Assembly: GCF_009914755.1 (NCBI RefSeq)
Contig: NC_060938.1
DNA length: 64,000 nt
Source of the DNA: the human T2T-CHM13v2.0 reference genome, Homo sapiens
Reading direction: 5' to 3' (one strand)
Shown: positions 13,625-29,101 of the stretch, one piece after another
How the letters are laid out: the number at the start of each line of letters is the position of its first letter
Numbering within the stretch: the stretch's first letter is position 1
Notes under the pieces: model-generated
The model's input: only the letters and a program-made list of their open reading frames with translations
The model's database searches: none
What the model was told of the DNA's origin: nothing
Translations under genes and position numbers: made by a program

Positions 13625-16600
13625 TATAATACCTTCTTTAAAGCCTCTATCTGCTAAGTCCAAAGTCTAACTTTCTTAAGTTTGGTTTCTACGAACTGAT
13701 GTTAACTTTTTATGGCTATGAATCATATATTCTATTTATTTGGATATCTAGTTACTTTCAGTGAGTAATGGGCATTGTAGATAGAACATTATAGAGACTC
13801 TTCAGCTGTAATCTTTCTCAGAAGGCTATTGGCTCCTGTTATAGCAAAATGTTCAGTTATAAATTGACCATGCTGAACTTGTATAGGCTTGGTTTTCCAC
13901 TACTAATGCAGATCTGTGAAAAGCCAAAATTGTTGCCCTAAATTCTCTAACTTTATGGGACTCAATCTCTAAATCTGTCTTACCTATGAATCTTACTGGG
14001 GCTTGCATTTAGTTTAGGCTGTTTTGGAGAATGTCTAGAGAAGGCCTTTCTCCCAAGTATGATTCTAGCCTTTCTGGTTTCATTGTGCTGCCAGGGGTTT
14101 TATGAGATCTCTACACTCTCATGAAGTTTCATGGCTGAGACTTCAATATTCCATGCTGCTCTCCTCTCAGGTCTCCTTGCTCTCCCCACCTTTGTTGTGC
14201 TGTCAATCTCACAAAGGTTGCTGTATTATAAGTCTTGGTTTTTCTAGTTTTCTACATGTACAGTCTAGCCTTCAGCAAATAGTCATGAGGGAACCCCATA
14301 CAGACTTTTGGATTCAACCCTGCATATCTTTTTTCTTTCTGTTACCCTGACCCACAGATTCCAATGACATCAATTGTACAGTACACTAATCTTTGTTTTC
14401 TGACTGACTGGGATCTTCACATTCTGCTTGAATTTCTGGGATCTGTGGCAAGGTCAGGAAATTTTCCTCAGGCAGAGAACTTGACTGTCATGGAGATCAC
14501 TCCATTAGTTTCTCTTTTCTCATCCATTGCAGTCCTACCCTGTTTTTTGGTCTATTCTCTAAAAAATGGTTTCTAATATATTTTGCCCATTTTTATGCTT
14601 GTTTAGGGCAACAGGACTTATCTGATATCATTTACTACTCCTTGGCCTTTAGATGATCTCATTTTGATTACAGATAATGATATAAATTAGTAATATGTTA
14701 ATATATACGCTTCACAATATACATATAAACTTTACATATAACGTAGTATATAAACTTATTTATATGAATATGCTACATAAATTCTAATGAACAGAAAAGA
14801 CAATATAACATTATCATTAAATCACTCAGAGGGTAGCCTTCTTAACATTTTGGTGTATGTTGCTTTAGCCTTTAAAAAATATTTACCTGCTTATGTATCG
14901 TTATATGATATAGAGTAGCTTATCCTTCAACTTTTTAAAGAAATTTTCTTTAATTATTTACACATAAGACCACATGTATGCATATAATAGAAGTATATAA
15001 ATATGGGTATCCACTTTTTAAGCAAAAACTGCATTCTTTATATCACAGCTGGATGACTCTGGCTTCATCTCTAAATCTCTCATTCCCTCAACTTCTTCAT
15101 CAGGCAAATGGTAACTAAATGATGATAACTAGCATAAGTTTTTAGTGAGAATTAAAGTATGTAAACCATATATTATTTCTCATATAATCAGCACATTTAT
15201 TATTATATAAAATATTCAACTAAGGTTTCTCTATTCCTCTATTGATGTGTTAGGTTATATTAATGCATTCCATAATGTTGAACTAATCGTATATTACAGA
15301 AATAAAATGTACTTTATAATAGACCACTGACTTTTTTTTATAAGGCTGAATCAATTTGCTAGTATTTTATTTTGGAATAATTCATGGATATTTGTCCTTA
15401 TGGTTCTCCAGTTTTCTTTTTTGATTTTATCTTTCAGTGTTGCATTTTCACTTTTTGCTTCAAAATTACCTTCTATCATTTTTCCTCTTCAGGGTAAGAA
15501 AGAATCTCAAACTTGTCTTCCACAGAACTGACTTTAATTTCCAAACCATATTGTTTTTTTCTGTTGTTTTGTTTCCAATGTCATCTTTATTCTGCTATTA
15601 TACTATTTAAAGTGTATCACTCTTTTGTGACCTCACAGAATTCTTTATATCTAGACTTTATCCAGTTCCATCTTTTTCTTGGTCCACTGTTCTCTTATAT
15701 TCTTTCGTAAAGTTCATATTCTTATATGCTTTGTTAAATATATAAAGCATATGCTGTACACATTTTACTTTCACTTGAAGTAATTCAGTAAGTCTTTTTC
15801 ACCAGTATATGTTTCTTCTACTATGTGCCATGTGAGCCAGTTTTTATTCTATGGAATCTTCATTAGAACCTCATGTTTTTCCTCTCTCCATTTTCTTCCT
15901 CTTTATTCATTCTTGAATAATAAGAAGTAATCCTTTGGCATTTTTCACCAGACAATTTTTGAGGCTTCTCTTATACCCTTTCATATAGAGTTTTATTTCT
16001 CTTGGGTTGCATGACCTTTTATTTTGATTTAATTGACAGGAAATACATCCAATCAAGAAATGCACTTTTTAAAAAACATTAAAAGAATATTTTTAAGACC
16101 TATTATAGTTTGCTAACAAAATAGTGCATACTATATGTCCTTCAGAATTCATGCGTTTTAATAAATACATGATTTAGTAAAACATATTAATATGTGTGAC
16201 TTATCTTTCTTATATCAGTAATTATAGGGTATCGTGCCAGTACTGAATATTGTTTCTCACTAAGGGAATTCTGTTTGCCTGTAATTATGTTTATATTTCT
16301 TAACATTTTCTTTTTACATATGTAATATAAATTCAAACTTGAGTTATTTCTATTTATGTTTGTTGAATACATAATATGTAAAAAAATATTTTGCCTAGGT
16401 TTAAAGAAGCCAGGTGTAAATTATCCCAGAGGTCTTATTAGGTTTGAGAATAGGCTAAACAAGGTGTATTCAATTGTGGCTAGATGTTATTTAAAAAGGT
16501 AAATTTTACTTGTTTGATAAGAAAAAGACACAAGAACTACAACTGATTGAAATAAATCTTTCAAATATAATTTCAATGTTTTACATATATAGTAATAATT

Positions 16601-18866
16601 ATATGATTATCCCAGTCAGTGAATGCAAACTACTTATTACTGATATATTTTAGAGGTGATGAGAAAAGCAGTGTTAATCAACAAATGATTTTGGAACTTT
16701 TCTCCCAGGAAGTTTCTAGTTCTTAAGTTTATAAAAGAGAAATCAGTGCCAAAAGATATTTAAACTTATGTCAAGTCATCTTGGTCAACAAAATTAGAAC
16801 TTGTGAAATAGAATAAAGCTATTCAAGAGAAGTTAGATTCAGCAAAGCTGATTCAGCACATTATAGTATTATAGTAAAAAAAACTCTGAAGTGAATATGA
16901 TGGATTGTGTTAATACTCCTTAAAAGTAAGTTTAAATCCCCAGAGACACTGTGTTCATGCTTTAGTAGACATCAGATACCAAAACATATAAATTTAATCA
17001 TCTCCAAGGATTTTCAATTTTATAGGATTTTTCAAATTCTATAGTTCTAGAATATAAGTTTGCAGAAGCTAAGCAAAACTCAAACTTTTTCTTTTCCTTA
17101 GTTTCTTAATTCTCATCTTTTGGTCACCACTCTCCAAAAATCAGGTGCTAGAGCTTAGAGGACTTTAGTCAGCTCTTATGTTTAAAGACTACAGGCAAAA
17201 AGGCTAAATGACACAAGTGCTGTCTTATCTCACGAATAATGGCCAAAACTTTGAGGTTATTCATGGCATTATGCAATAGCCTGATTATTATTTTAATATT
17301 ATTTAATATATATTATAATATAAACTATAATTTGCATAAATAATATTTATCACTACTGTTAACCTAGTTCTCTTAAGTTCTTAACATAATTTTACTTTTA
17401 ATTATTGTACTATAAATATGTATTATATATTTTAGATAAATAATTTAAGTATATGTCCTAAAATGTGCATACATATTCCCCATAGAGTCTTGAAATTGCC
17501 ACATTTACATGAATTAATTTGCAATTTGGTATATTCTGAGGTCTGGAGATCACTTGCATACAAATCGCATTGTTATAATCAGTAACACAGACTTACTGAG
17601 TTTCACATTTCATGTAAAATGAGGATGTGCCAAAATCATCCAGCTCTAGGCAAGATCTATGTATATTGATAGGTAATTGCTAGCATCATTTGTTTTATAC
17701 ATACATACAAAGTGAGAAATTATAAAATCATTATTTTCTGCTTGAATAAAAACAGCTGCCCATGTCCATTGATATTTTTTCAACATATAATTGCAGTGCT
17801 ATCCTAAATGAAAAATGCCAGTTTATTTTCTACAGTTATTACCATTCCTTCTGGTGCACAGGTGAATTTGTACATTAGAGTCCAAAATGTTTTTAAATTA
17901 TAGCTTTCCTTTCTATTTCTCTGATGTAAGTCAGATCCCTTACGCTGACCTTTTCCCTCTTTAGTTCTATCACTTTCTCTACTCTTCCATAAGCACAGTA
18001 TTCTCCATTGTCATACATTGGCTTTGTCCATTTCTCATATTCTTTGGCCTTTGTTCTCCACCTCCTATATAATTACCTCTTTTGTAGGATGCTTTATATT
18101 TCTTCTCTTCCATAGACACTTTTATTTTAATGTACCCCTCAGTCTTCTCTCCCTTGTTCACCCACGCCATGGGCTTGTCCTACATTTTGATACATATTAC
18201 TTTCTGACTTTTATTTTATTCAGAAATTTATTACCTCAAAAAGATGATGAACTATTTGATGAATAAAAAACTTTTATCATATTTGTCATTTATTCTCTAT
18301 AGAATTCTAAACACTAGGATTAGGCACACAGCCTGTGCAATTCATCCTATTGAACAGAAATGAGTGAATTCAAACCTAAGGGTAAAAAATACCCATTGTA
18401 ATAAATCCTTAATGTCAATGAAATTAGTTTTAAAGTTTGGTACACTGGATGAGAAACAGAAGCAGTTAACTCAATTGCTTACCATCAATTCAATTGATGA
18501 AATAATATTGTCTATTAATTATACTGAAAATTAGACTTATATGGTTTGAAGTAGCAGCCTTTCTCAGCTACTGTGTTCTCAGCCTTACTCAGTTCATATC
18601 ATTAATTTTGCTTAAACACACTAGATTTTATTACATACATTGTCTAAGGGACCATCATCAATGAAGAATAGAAAAAAAATGAGTTTAGAAGTAGTTAGTG
18701 GTTCAAACCTGGATTCTAAAAAGATAAATGTATTAAAGATTACATATAGTTTTACTAGCAGGTCTATAACAAGTACCTGTAAAAAGAGTTTTATTATACA
18801 TTGTCATAAGTCATGGCTAGATTCTATCCACCTCCTCAATTTTAAATTCATCTCATTTAACAAAGC

Positions 18867-18987
18867 AGTTACATATGTATACATGTGCCATGCTGGTGCG
18901 CTGCACCCACTAACTCGTCATCTAGCATTAGGTATATCTCCCGATGCTATCCCTCCCCCCTCCCCCCACCCCCCACCCCACAACAGT
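18867..18987 (-). mobile_element. 121-bp internal fragment of a young L1 (L1PA2-like) 3'UTR, no poly(A)
   Basis: agttacatatgtatacatgtgccatgctggtgcgctgcacccactaactcgtcatctagcattaggtatatctccc...ccccacaacagt. Confidence 0.93.
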
Positions 18988-19225
18988 GAAAAGCCAAAGC
19001 TAATTAATAGTGTTAAAACAGTCCAGTGCTTCCCTAGGGTGAGAGTGGTGGGAGGAGATTGGAGAAAGGGACAGAAAAGTTTTGGAATGGTAGAAATATT
19101 GTATGCATTGATGTGAGGGTGGTTAAATGAGTGTATGCATTTGTCAAAACTCATCACACTTCACTTAAAATTTGTACCTTTTGTTATATGTAAATTATTT
19201 CTAAATAATGTTGACTTACAAAACT
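18988..19225 (+). mobile_element. Old L1M (L1ME-like) 3' end
   Basis: ttttggaatggtagaaatattgtatgcattgatgtgagggtggtt...catttgtcaaaactcatcacacttcacttaaaattt...tatatgtaaattat. Confidence 0.75.
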
Positions 19226-19400
19226 AGAAGTGATGCTTAGTCAATCTAATACTTCAAACATTCTAACTTAATTATTTTGCCTTATTTTTATGTCTTTACA
19301 TTTTAGTTCTTTACATTTTAGTTCCTATAAGTCTGGTTTTTATTGCTTTCTGTAAAAGGATGTACTAGACTCCAAATTGAGAGTTGTAAACACACAAATA

Positions 19401-19439
19401 CTGACATATCTTGTTTTGTTGCGCTTTGCAGATATTGCT

Positions 19440-19485
<46 letters not shown>

Positions 19486-19510
19486 TAAAGGTTTGTTGTA
19501 ACCCTGTGTC
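19401..19510 (+). mobile_element. Tigger1 DNA transposon 5' end with an expanded T39 run
   Basis: TA followed by ctgacatatcttgttttgttgcgctttgcagatattgc-(T)n-acaaattaaaggtttgttgtaaccctgtgtc resembles the Tigger1 terminus. Confidence 0.75.
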
Positions 19511-20189
19511 AAAAAAAAAAAAAAAAAAGCAGTTTACTGAATGAATGTCTTCCATCTATAGCATTATTTTCACATTTACAGCATTGGCATTATCAGCATT
19601 AAATACCAACAGGACTTCACTGAGAGCATAGACTAATTCTTAACAGAAAGCGTGACTTAATATCAACTATTATCAAACAGCTCACAGTTTGGTAGTTATT
19701 CCCTAATATCTAAATGGAGAACACTAAGGAGCCTTATCTATCCCCTCAGCCACCTAAGAGTTGTCTTCTTCAAGGAACTTAATTCTGAGAATTTATCAGA
19801 ATGCAAGTACCTTAATATTTTATATTTATTCCACTGAGATTCTCCTAGAGTCAGTGAAATCAAGGCTTTAAAATAATGGCTCCTTATCTTAACATTCTTT
19901 CTCATATGGCGTTTAACTCAAAGGTAAAAAAAATCCCAATATGTGAGCTGATTTCCTATTTGAGAATATATTTGATATGTAAGCAAGAATCTTGACATTT
20001 TGAATTCTAATCAGAAGAAATACAGTCTTTGACCAAAATGAGAATAAAAATCAAACTCATAAAATCATGCAAAATACCATCTTTGCTTTCTCAATATCTT
20101 GTATAAAAATATTTAAGTTCCTAGTTTAAAATCCTTGAATGCCAGCATATCTGTTAGAAAGCATTAATCCATTCTTGCAAAACTCTTGA

Positions 20190-22458
<2,269 letters not shown>

Positions 22459-24494
22459 GAGAAACTTAATGATTAGTTAATTTCAGATTCTTTACATTCC
22501 TTCTCTACATTAAGTTAGATCATCATAAGGTGACATACCTGGTCCTTAATATTTCAGCTGAAAACAAAAATGTTATTTTATCCTGTATTATGGTTTATCA
22601 ATATATTAAATTTTTATTTGAACAAGTTTTATATCTTTATCCTTTATATGAATATCTTAGTAAGTAAAGATATTGCTGGTAACATTACTCAAGTGTACTT
22701 TTATAATATGCATTTCTCTTTGCATTAATTGTTAAGAATATGTGACACTTTTGCTTTTCTTTTTACTTTAGTTGCCAGAGCATATAGATGAAAATTCAAG
22801 TTAAGTCAATAATAAACTTCATCTTCTGTCTGTTTTTTTTTTACAATCTATAATGTCTTAATGAAACTACCTTCTATTTCCAAACTAAACTGCATACTTT
22901 CAATTCCCTTGTTTTGTTATTCTAGTATATCCAGAAGCAAAAGAATCTAGTTTGGATCATTCTTTAAATCTATTGTGTAAATGTTGTTTCCGAGAATCAA
23001 ATGTAAATAAATCATGGTTACTGCTCTCAAGGAGTTTACAATTTTACAGGGGTCAGTGTGATAAACATTATGATAGGTATACATATCAGGAGTTTTGGGA
23101 ACAAAAGGAGCAGAGAAGATAGGAAAGAATTTCAGCATATATCCCTGAATTGCTTTTTTAAGGAAGGTTATGCATGACTTAGATGATTAAACAGGAGAAA
23201 AAGTACTTATTCAATTAGATAAACAAATATTTATTAATTTTTTTGGGGGAGTACTTGAATATTTACATGCAGGGCAGGGTGTCATCAGAAGAGACATCAT
23301 TTCTACTCCCATCAAGCCTACAGTTCAGCAGGACAAAAGAGACAGCCTGTGAAGAGGCTTCAGGCACAAGAGAGCTTTACCCGAAAAACTTCAAGTATGA
23401 CTGGAACAGACTATGAAGCTACCCCAAGGAAAAGCCAGAGGGGCATATATCCTTGAGGTCCTGTTACTGCTTTTAGAGAAAGATCTTTACCCTGGAAGCT
23501 ATGGACTTTTTAAAAAAGACAGCAAGAAAATCAGTTAGCAAGCGAAATGCAGTACTACGCACAGATGGGGACTCAAACTGGCCATTATATTCCAAAATGC
23601 GTTTCAGAAACCTACAGATTGATGTCCTCATCTCCAACCTCTCCAGCTGTCTCTATATTGTCAGTTACTTTGTGCTCCCATTTACCACTCTCCTAAAGCT
23701 ATCTCCTCTTTGAACATGTACCTCTGTATCTGTTTTGCAGAGAAAATGGAGACTGTTAGGAAGGCAACTTCCATGTCAGCTTGCTGTTATTGCAGCTAGA
23801 AATCTATCAGAAGCCATGTTACTATTAATACTGAATTCTTTTTTTTACCGCTTTAGTGGAAATGGCATCAGTTTCTCTCTTAAAAGTCTCATTCCACAGC
23901 CAGAGCTCTAAATTCCCATCTAAGCTTACCCTTTTTATTACCTCTTTTTCCTCTTAAAATAAGCCCTTCTACAATCCCACATCTCTATTTATCAGTTCTT
24001 TTACAGTCTCCTGCTTCTTCATTAATGAACTCCTTTGCTTTCCCCCTGTTTACTCCATAGTGGAATTAGCTTTCTAGAGACACAACTTTATTGAACCATT
24101 CGTATCAAGTACAATGAATGTATTCATAAGTGCCTTAATTTCCTGATATGATATGACCTTTACATTGCACATTCTTTTTTTAAAGAAATGAATGATGCAT
24201 TTAACTTATTTTTAATACACTTTTGTCATATCTAGTGATCTCCTATGAGATTCTTTTTTTTTTTTTTTTTGCAAGAACATTAGAAATTCAGTGGATTCAT
24301 CGAGAATTGAAATGTCCATTAGTAGTCACAGGAATGCTGAAAGAATCTTTTATTATTATCATGGCCAGATGTTGTATCACTTACATATAAATCAGCAGGT
24401 ACTTTAAGGATAACATTATAGTTTTCATTTGGAAACATGTTTTTTTCTTCAATCAATTTTGATGAAACATTTAACTAAAAAGAAATTGTACCAG

Positions 24495-25059
24495 TGTGGC
24501 AGAGCTCAACTCAACCTAGGTCCTAGCATGAACACTCTTGGGCATTTCTCTCCCCTTGGGTATGGGCTTGAATTATCAACTCAGTCACATTAAATGGAAC
24601 CAGACAGACATATGGGATATCACTTCAGGGGTTAGGTTATGAAAAATCCTGGGCATGCATTCTCTCTCTCTTCTTAATGGATTACTTGCTTTGAAGAAAG
24701 CCTGCTGCCATGTTATGCGACAGCCCTGTAGAGATGTCCACATGGTGAGGAATTGAGGGAGGCCTCCAATCAACAGCCAGCAAGAAATCAGTATCTATAG
24801 TCCAATATCTTAAGGGAGCAAAGCCTGCCAAAAATCAAGCAAGTGGGCTTGGAAGTGTATCCTCCCCAAACTGAGTCTTCAAATTATGGTGGAGTCCTTT
24901 TCTGGAAGGACTATAACCTTAGGAGAGACTTTGAGCCAAAGGCACTCAGTTGAGCTATACTTGTATTGACCCACAGCAACTGTGAGATAATAAATATTTG
25001 TTGTTTTAAGTCACAAAAGTTTGGGGAAATTTGTTATATTGCAAATAATAAGTAATGCA
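24495..25059 (+). mobile_element. MaLR LTR (MLT1E/F-like)
   Basis: gctgccatgttatg...gtccacatggtgaggaattgagggaggcctcc...aacagccagcaag...gacccacagcaactgtgagataataaatatttgttgttttaag. Confidence 0.82.
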
Positions 25060-26299
25060 ACATATTTAACTTTAGTTCAAAGAGGAATCTCTTTTCTTAG
25101 TAGGGTATTGCTCATTTCTGTATTAGATAATTATGAACCTTCTCAATGGTATACTGTCCTTTAGTCACAGTTAAAAGTTCAAGATTTATTTACAATTACT
25201 CATGAAGTTATAAATTTAATTAGGCTATTAGAAATTCAGGACAAGGCATCTTTGAATCAGGATTTCCAAAAGAATGACTAAAACTGAAAATACAATTTGT
25301 AAAACCAGTGGCTATAAATGCCTCCTGAGTTTACAGATGAATGAAAGTCCGAAAATAATATATGCAAAGAGGGGATGTTTTAACTACCAGCAGATCTCTC
25401 TAATGAACTATCTCATCTAGCTTTAACTGATTACTCAATGTCTGGACCAGGTATTTTTGCCTAGATTTTAGTAAGCAGCATGCCTGCAGCTTGCTGAGAG
25501 GAACCCAAGTAATAGACCTGATACCCAGCCTGCAACCTTCAGTCTGATGAAGCAAAGAAATGACATAGGGGTCAAAATGTAAATGTTTGCCAAGAAATGG
25601 AGAACTGTCCTCCTAATTTTCCCTCATCCCAAAATAATCAGAATAAAACTAGCAGAACGTCAACTGGACATCCATTGACAATAAAGAAGATAAGACTAAC
25701 AACTATTAAGTTAAAAGTATATTATAATGATGTATTAAAAGTATTTTTAAAGTATCTTAAAATTATTTTAAAGTAAAGCCCTAAAATCTAGTCTCATAAA
25801 TAAGGTGAACATATTTTATGACTTTAAGTAATTCAAAATTTTGGTCTTGGAAATATTTATTTAAAAATCAATTAAAATATGTGATCCAATGTAAATTGGA
25901 AGAGGAGAAAGAAAGTACATGACACATATTCAAAACAAAGAGGAAACAGAGTATACATTATTAACAAAAAGGAAGAATTAGAGTTGAGCTAATCCTACAT
26001 TAGTAATAATATAGTAATCCCACAATAAATAAAATGGCTTGGCAATTATGCGATTTGTTTCCTTTCATTGGTTCTTTAAGTGATTCCCAGTCTAGATTCT
26101 GTTTCTGAATGATTTTACCTATTTTTATGTTTATTTTCCTAAATCAAATATCTCATTATGCTTTTTGATTGCAGAAAATCTAATAACTCACACCACTACT
26201 AAGTAACTGTCACATACTTAGCTAGGCTTGCAAAATCTTCCAACAAGTGTTCCTGCACAGTAATAAAACAGGCAGACTCTGTCCAGCTTCCCATGTTTG

Positions 26300-26760
26300 T
26301 GTTATGGCTTCACTACTTAGCCAGGTGATGGGCATGGTAACTAAAGTCCTTTGTATTTCAATTTTGTTATCTATGAAACAGGATAATGATTTTAATAAGC
26401 ACAAATGTTGATCGTGAAAATTAAGAGAAATAATCCACAAAGTATCCTAGCCCATGATGAGTACTCCATAAATGTCAACTATTATTTTATTATTGCTATT
26501 ATTATTGCTATTTCAGATTCAAAGTAACCTAAGATTATGAGTGTCTGCCATCTGGTTGAAGATACTATGTATGTTGCCTAATTTAACTTAAACTACAGCT
26601 TTCTGAAATAAGAGTTATTATTCTCATTTTACAGATAAGGAAACCAAGGTTCAGACATTTTAAGTGATTTCTCTGAAGTATTACAGTGATGAAGTGCTAC
26701 AGCCAAGTTCCTGCCCAGGTCTCCTGACTTCAAGTTTATAGTAGTTTAACTTCTCAAAAG
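26300..26760. mobile_element. Two MIR fragments in opposite orientations
   Basis: tctatgaaacaggataatgat...ccataaatgtcaactattatt (+) and attctcattttacagataaggaaaccaaggttcaga...cccaggtctcctgacttcaag (-). Confidence 0.7.
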
Positions 26761-26767
26761 CTTTCTG

Positions 26768-26913
26768 GCTGGGCACAATGACTCATGCCTGTAATCCCAG
26801 CATTTTGAGAGGCGAAGGTGGGAAGATTGCTTGAGACCAGCCTGGGCAACATAGCAAGAGCCTGTCTCATAAAAAATAAAAATAAAAATAAATTATAAAA
26901 CAAAACAAAAAAA
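26768..26913 (+). mobile_element. Alu monomer (FLAM-like) with a small internal deletion
   Basis: ggctgggcacaatgactcatgcctgtaatcccagc...gattgcttgagaccagcctgggcaacatagcaagagcctgtctc followed by an A-rich tail. Confidence 0.88.
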
Positions 26914-26969
26914 CCCAAGTGCTATCCATTTAGGCTTGTCAGTATACTGTGAAGAATACTAGTTAATAC

Positions 26970-27150
26970 TGTTGGGTATGAGTTTGAATCCCAGCACAAC
27001 CATTTACTTGGCAGTTCACACAAACTTCTTGAGGTTCAGTTTTCTCCACGGTAAAAGATGGACAGTGACGTTCACTTTTACAAACTTAATTGAGAGTATT
27101 ACTTAGCTTAAATAATATGGTGGCTGATACATATTATGTGTCCAATTGTA
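26970..27150 (+). mobile_element. MIR SINE
   Basis: gagtttgaatcccagcacaaccatttactt...tcagttttctccacggtaaaagatgg. Confidence 0.65.
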
Positions 27151-28333
27151 TTAGTTTACATCACATATATTTATACTATCACTTTATTAATTTATATAAA
27201 GACACTAATGTAATCCTAACTTCTCAAATTTTACTTCCTTATTACCAGTGCTTTAACCCTCCCTGTGCTAATCTCTGCGTATTGAAAACATACCTCTTTT
27301 GCATACCAGAGAAATGTTCTTGTTTGTATTGATGCAGTGACTCATTCCTTAACTAGATAAAGATCCACAATCCCTGGTTCAAGCTCTATGGGGTTAGATA
27401 TACTTCATTATTTAGAATTTTGTCTTATGTTAGAAAGGTGAGAGATTATATCACTTATATCATGTGATATCTTCTGGAATGGTCTCGAGTAGAATCATAT
27501 TATTAAAAACAGTAATATTTTTGCTGCAAATGGTATAAATGTCCACATTCATTTGGATAGAGACTATACATAGGTTCATATCAGTTCAGGTTATATATCA
27601 GGCTAACATGTAATGTCAAATAATTAAATTTTAAAAATTGATATTCAGTTCTCAGGATTTTAGAATTGCACATAAAGAATGGTAGACCTGCATGATCTTT
27701 TTCCCCACAGAGTTTACTAGGTCTACTCTCAGTGTAATGTCATGCTCTATCTAGCACAGTTGTGCATCTGATCTTATCCTCTATTACTGTACAAGGTCTC
27801 AAGGGAAGGAAATGTGTCTTTATCTTTGTATGCTGTGCAGGACCTAGAATGTTCTTAAATCTTACTGGGTGTGTTTGGCATACTTTAAAAACATGAAAAA
27901 AATCACACCAACGTTTCAAATATGTGGATGGTGCTAAAAATAACTGTCAATATAGCAACATGACAATATTACTTTTCATCATGATTAATATGCATTCAGT
28001 CACTGTCGAAGCATGTTTCTTCGGAAAGAAGCAGCCTAAATTATGCTGTGTCAATTCCATGAGACCTGGTAAAGAATTTAACTCATTGATTGTCTACCTG
28101 ATTTAGGATTCCAAAGGGAGGTAGGTGATGATCTAAAATGTCAAATTCCAAATCTAAATTAGATGGTGGGAAAAAATTCTTACTATCTTATTTTGCAATT
28201 TGCAGATAAATCATTTAAAAAGTGAATTATAGCATTCTTTGACCAAAAATTGTTTTAATGCTGTGTGTTTATGAACCTTTTTCTTCTTAGTTATCATTAA
28301 TTTTGTAAGAATCAGTAATTATTGCTATCTCAC

Positions 28334-28492
28334 CTATATGTTGTCCATACATGTGATAAAAGAAGCTGAAACAATATGCAGTGTTTGTGGGTCCATAAGG
28401 GTTTTTGGGAGCTATGCTGAAAACAGGGCTGAGAAGTCGAGCCTTTTCGCCTTCCAATCTGGGTCGTGATGTCTCAATGTACATATAAAAAC
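28334..28492 (-). CDS. MDGA2: MDGA2 coding exon (159 nt, phase 1-1), MAM domain
   Basis: ctgttttaag|GTTTTTATATG...CATATAG|gtgaga. Translates (G)[52 protein letters not shown], with MAM motifs GxYMYIETS, ARLLSP and CxxFxYHMYG. Overlaps ORF 28287..28484. Confidence 0.97.
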
Positions 28493-28945
28493 CTTAAAAC
28501 AGACAAAATAAAGTGTTTAAACACATTATTCTTAGGCATAATGAAATTTCAAATCACTGAGAAGTCTTATAGTTTTCATACAAAATAAAGATGGATAGGA
28601 AGATTTGCATCTCATTTATAAAATCTCTATGTGTATATGTAACTAATAGTGGCTGTAACACAAAGAATAAATGATCTACCAAATTAAAGATAAAATGTAT
28701 AAAAAGTTGAAATTTAGACTTGAATTATCAAAAAATTCCTATTCTCTCTACTATATGTATCAGTGAAGTCTGAGAAAAAATTAATGTCTACAAAGTTTTG
28801 TAAATATCTAAATTGATACTGTACAGAAAATTTAATATTTTATTCCATAATCTTCAAATATATGGCTAAATATTAGTATTTCATATTTATAGCAGTTTTT
28901 AAAAGTCTCTGATTGCTATGAACACAAAAGGTCATACCCCCATAC

Positions 28946-29101
28946 CTTCTTTGGAGCCACTACGGTCAGCATTAGGTCCTGTATTAGGAGTATATTTTGT
29001 ATTTCTTGTTGCTGTACTTTGCTTTGTCCAGTCAAAATTATCTGTATCATCTTGAGTGAACAAACAAATATTACCATCTTCAAATCCACAATGAAATTCT
29101 C
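28946..29101 (-). CDS. MDGA2: MDGA2 coding exon (156 nt, phase 1-1), start of the MAM domain
   Basis: ccaacag|GAGAATTTCATTGT...AAAGAAG|gtatgg. Translates [51 protein letters not shown], with the C-x-F-E...C...FDW...GP-x-x-D MAM signature. Confidence 0.96.

Larger units (their letters stand above)
11140..14640 (-). mobile_element. Old L1 (L1M) fragments, interrupted by two Alus
   Basis: T-rich decayed L1 text (aaaatttacatgcaataaaattcattcatt; caagatacagaacatttccat; ttttctgtcatctccagtcttctgttaagccca). Boundaries approximate. Confidence 0.6.

Noticed and set aside
18640-19116. 158-aa plus-strand ORF
   Set aside because: Non-ATG start; a chimera of unique AT-rich DNA, antisense L1PA 3'UTR and L1M, with no recognisable domain.
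23000-24100. Probable L2 fragments (also near 37.6, 41.7, 53.3, 56.5 and 62.6 kb)
   Set aside because: Too diverged to bound or classify reliably without RepeatMasker.
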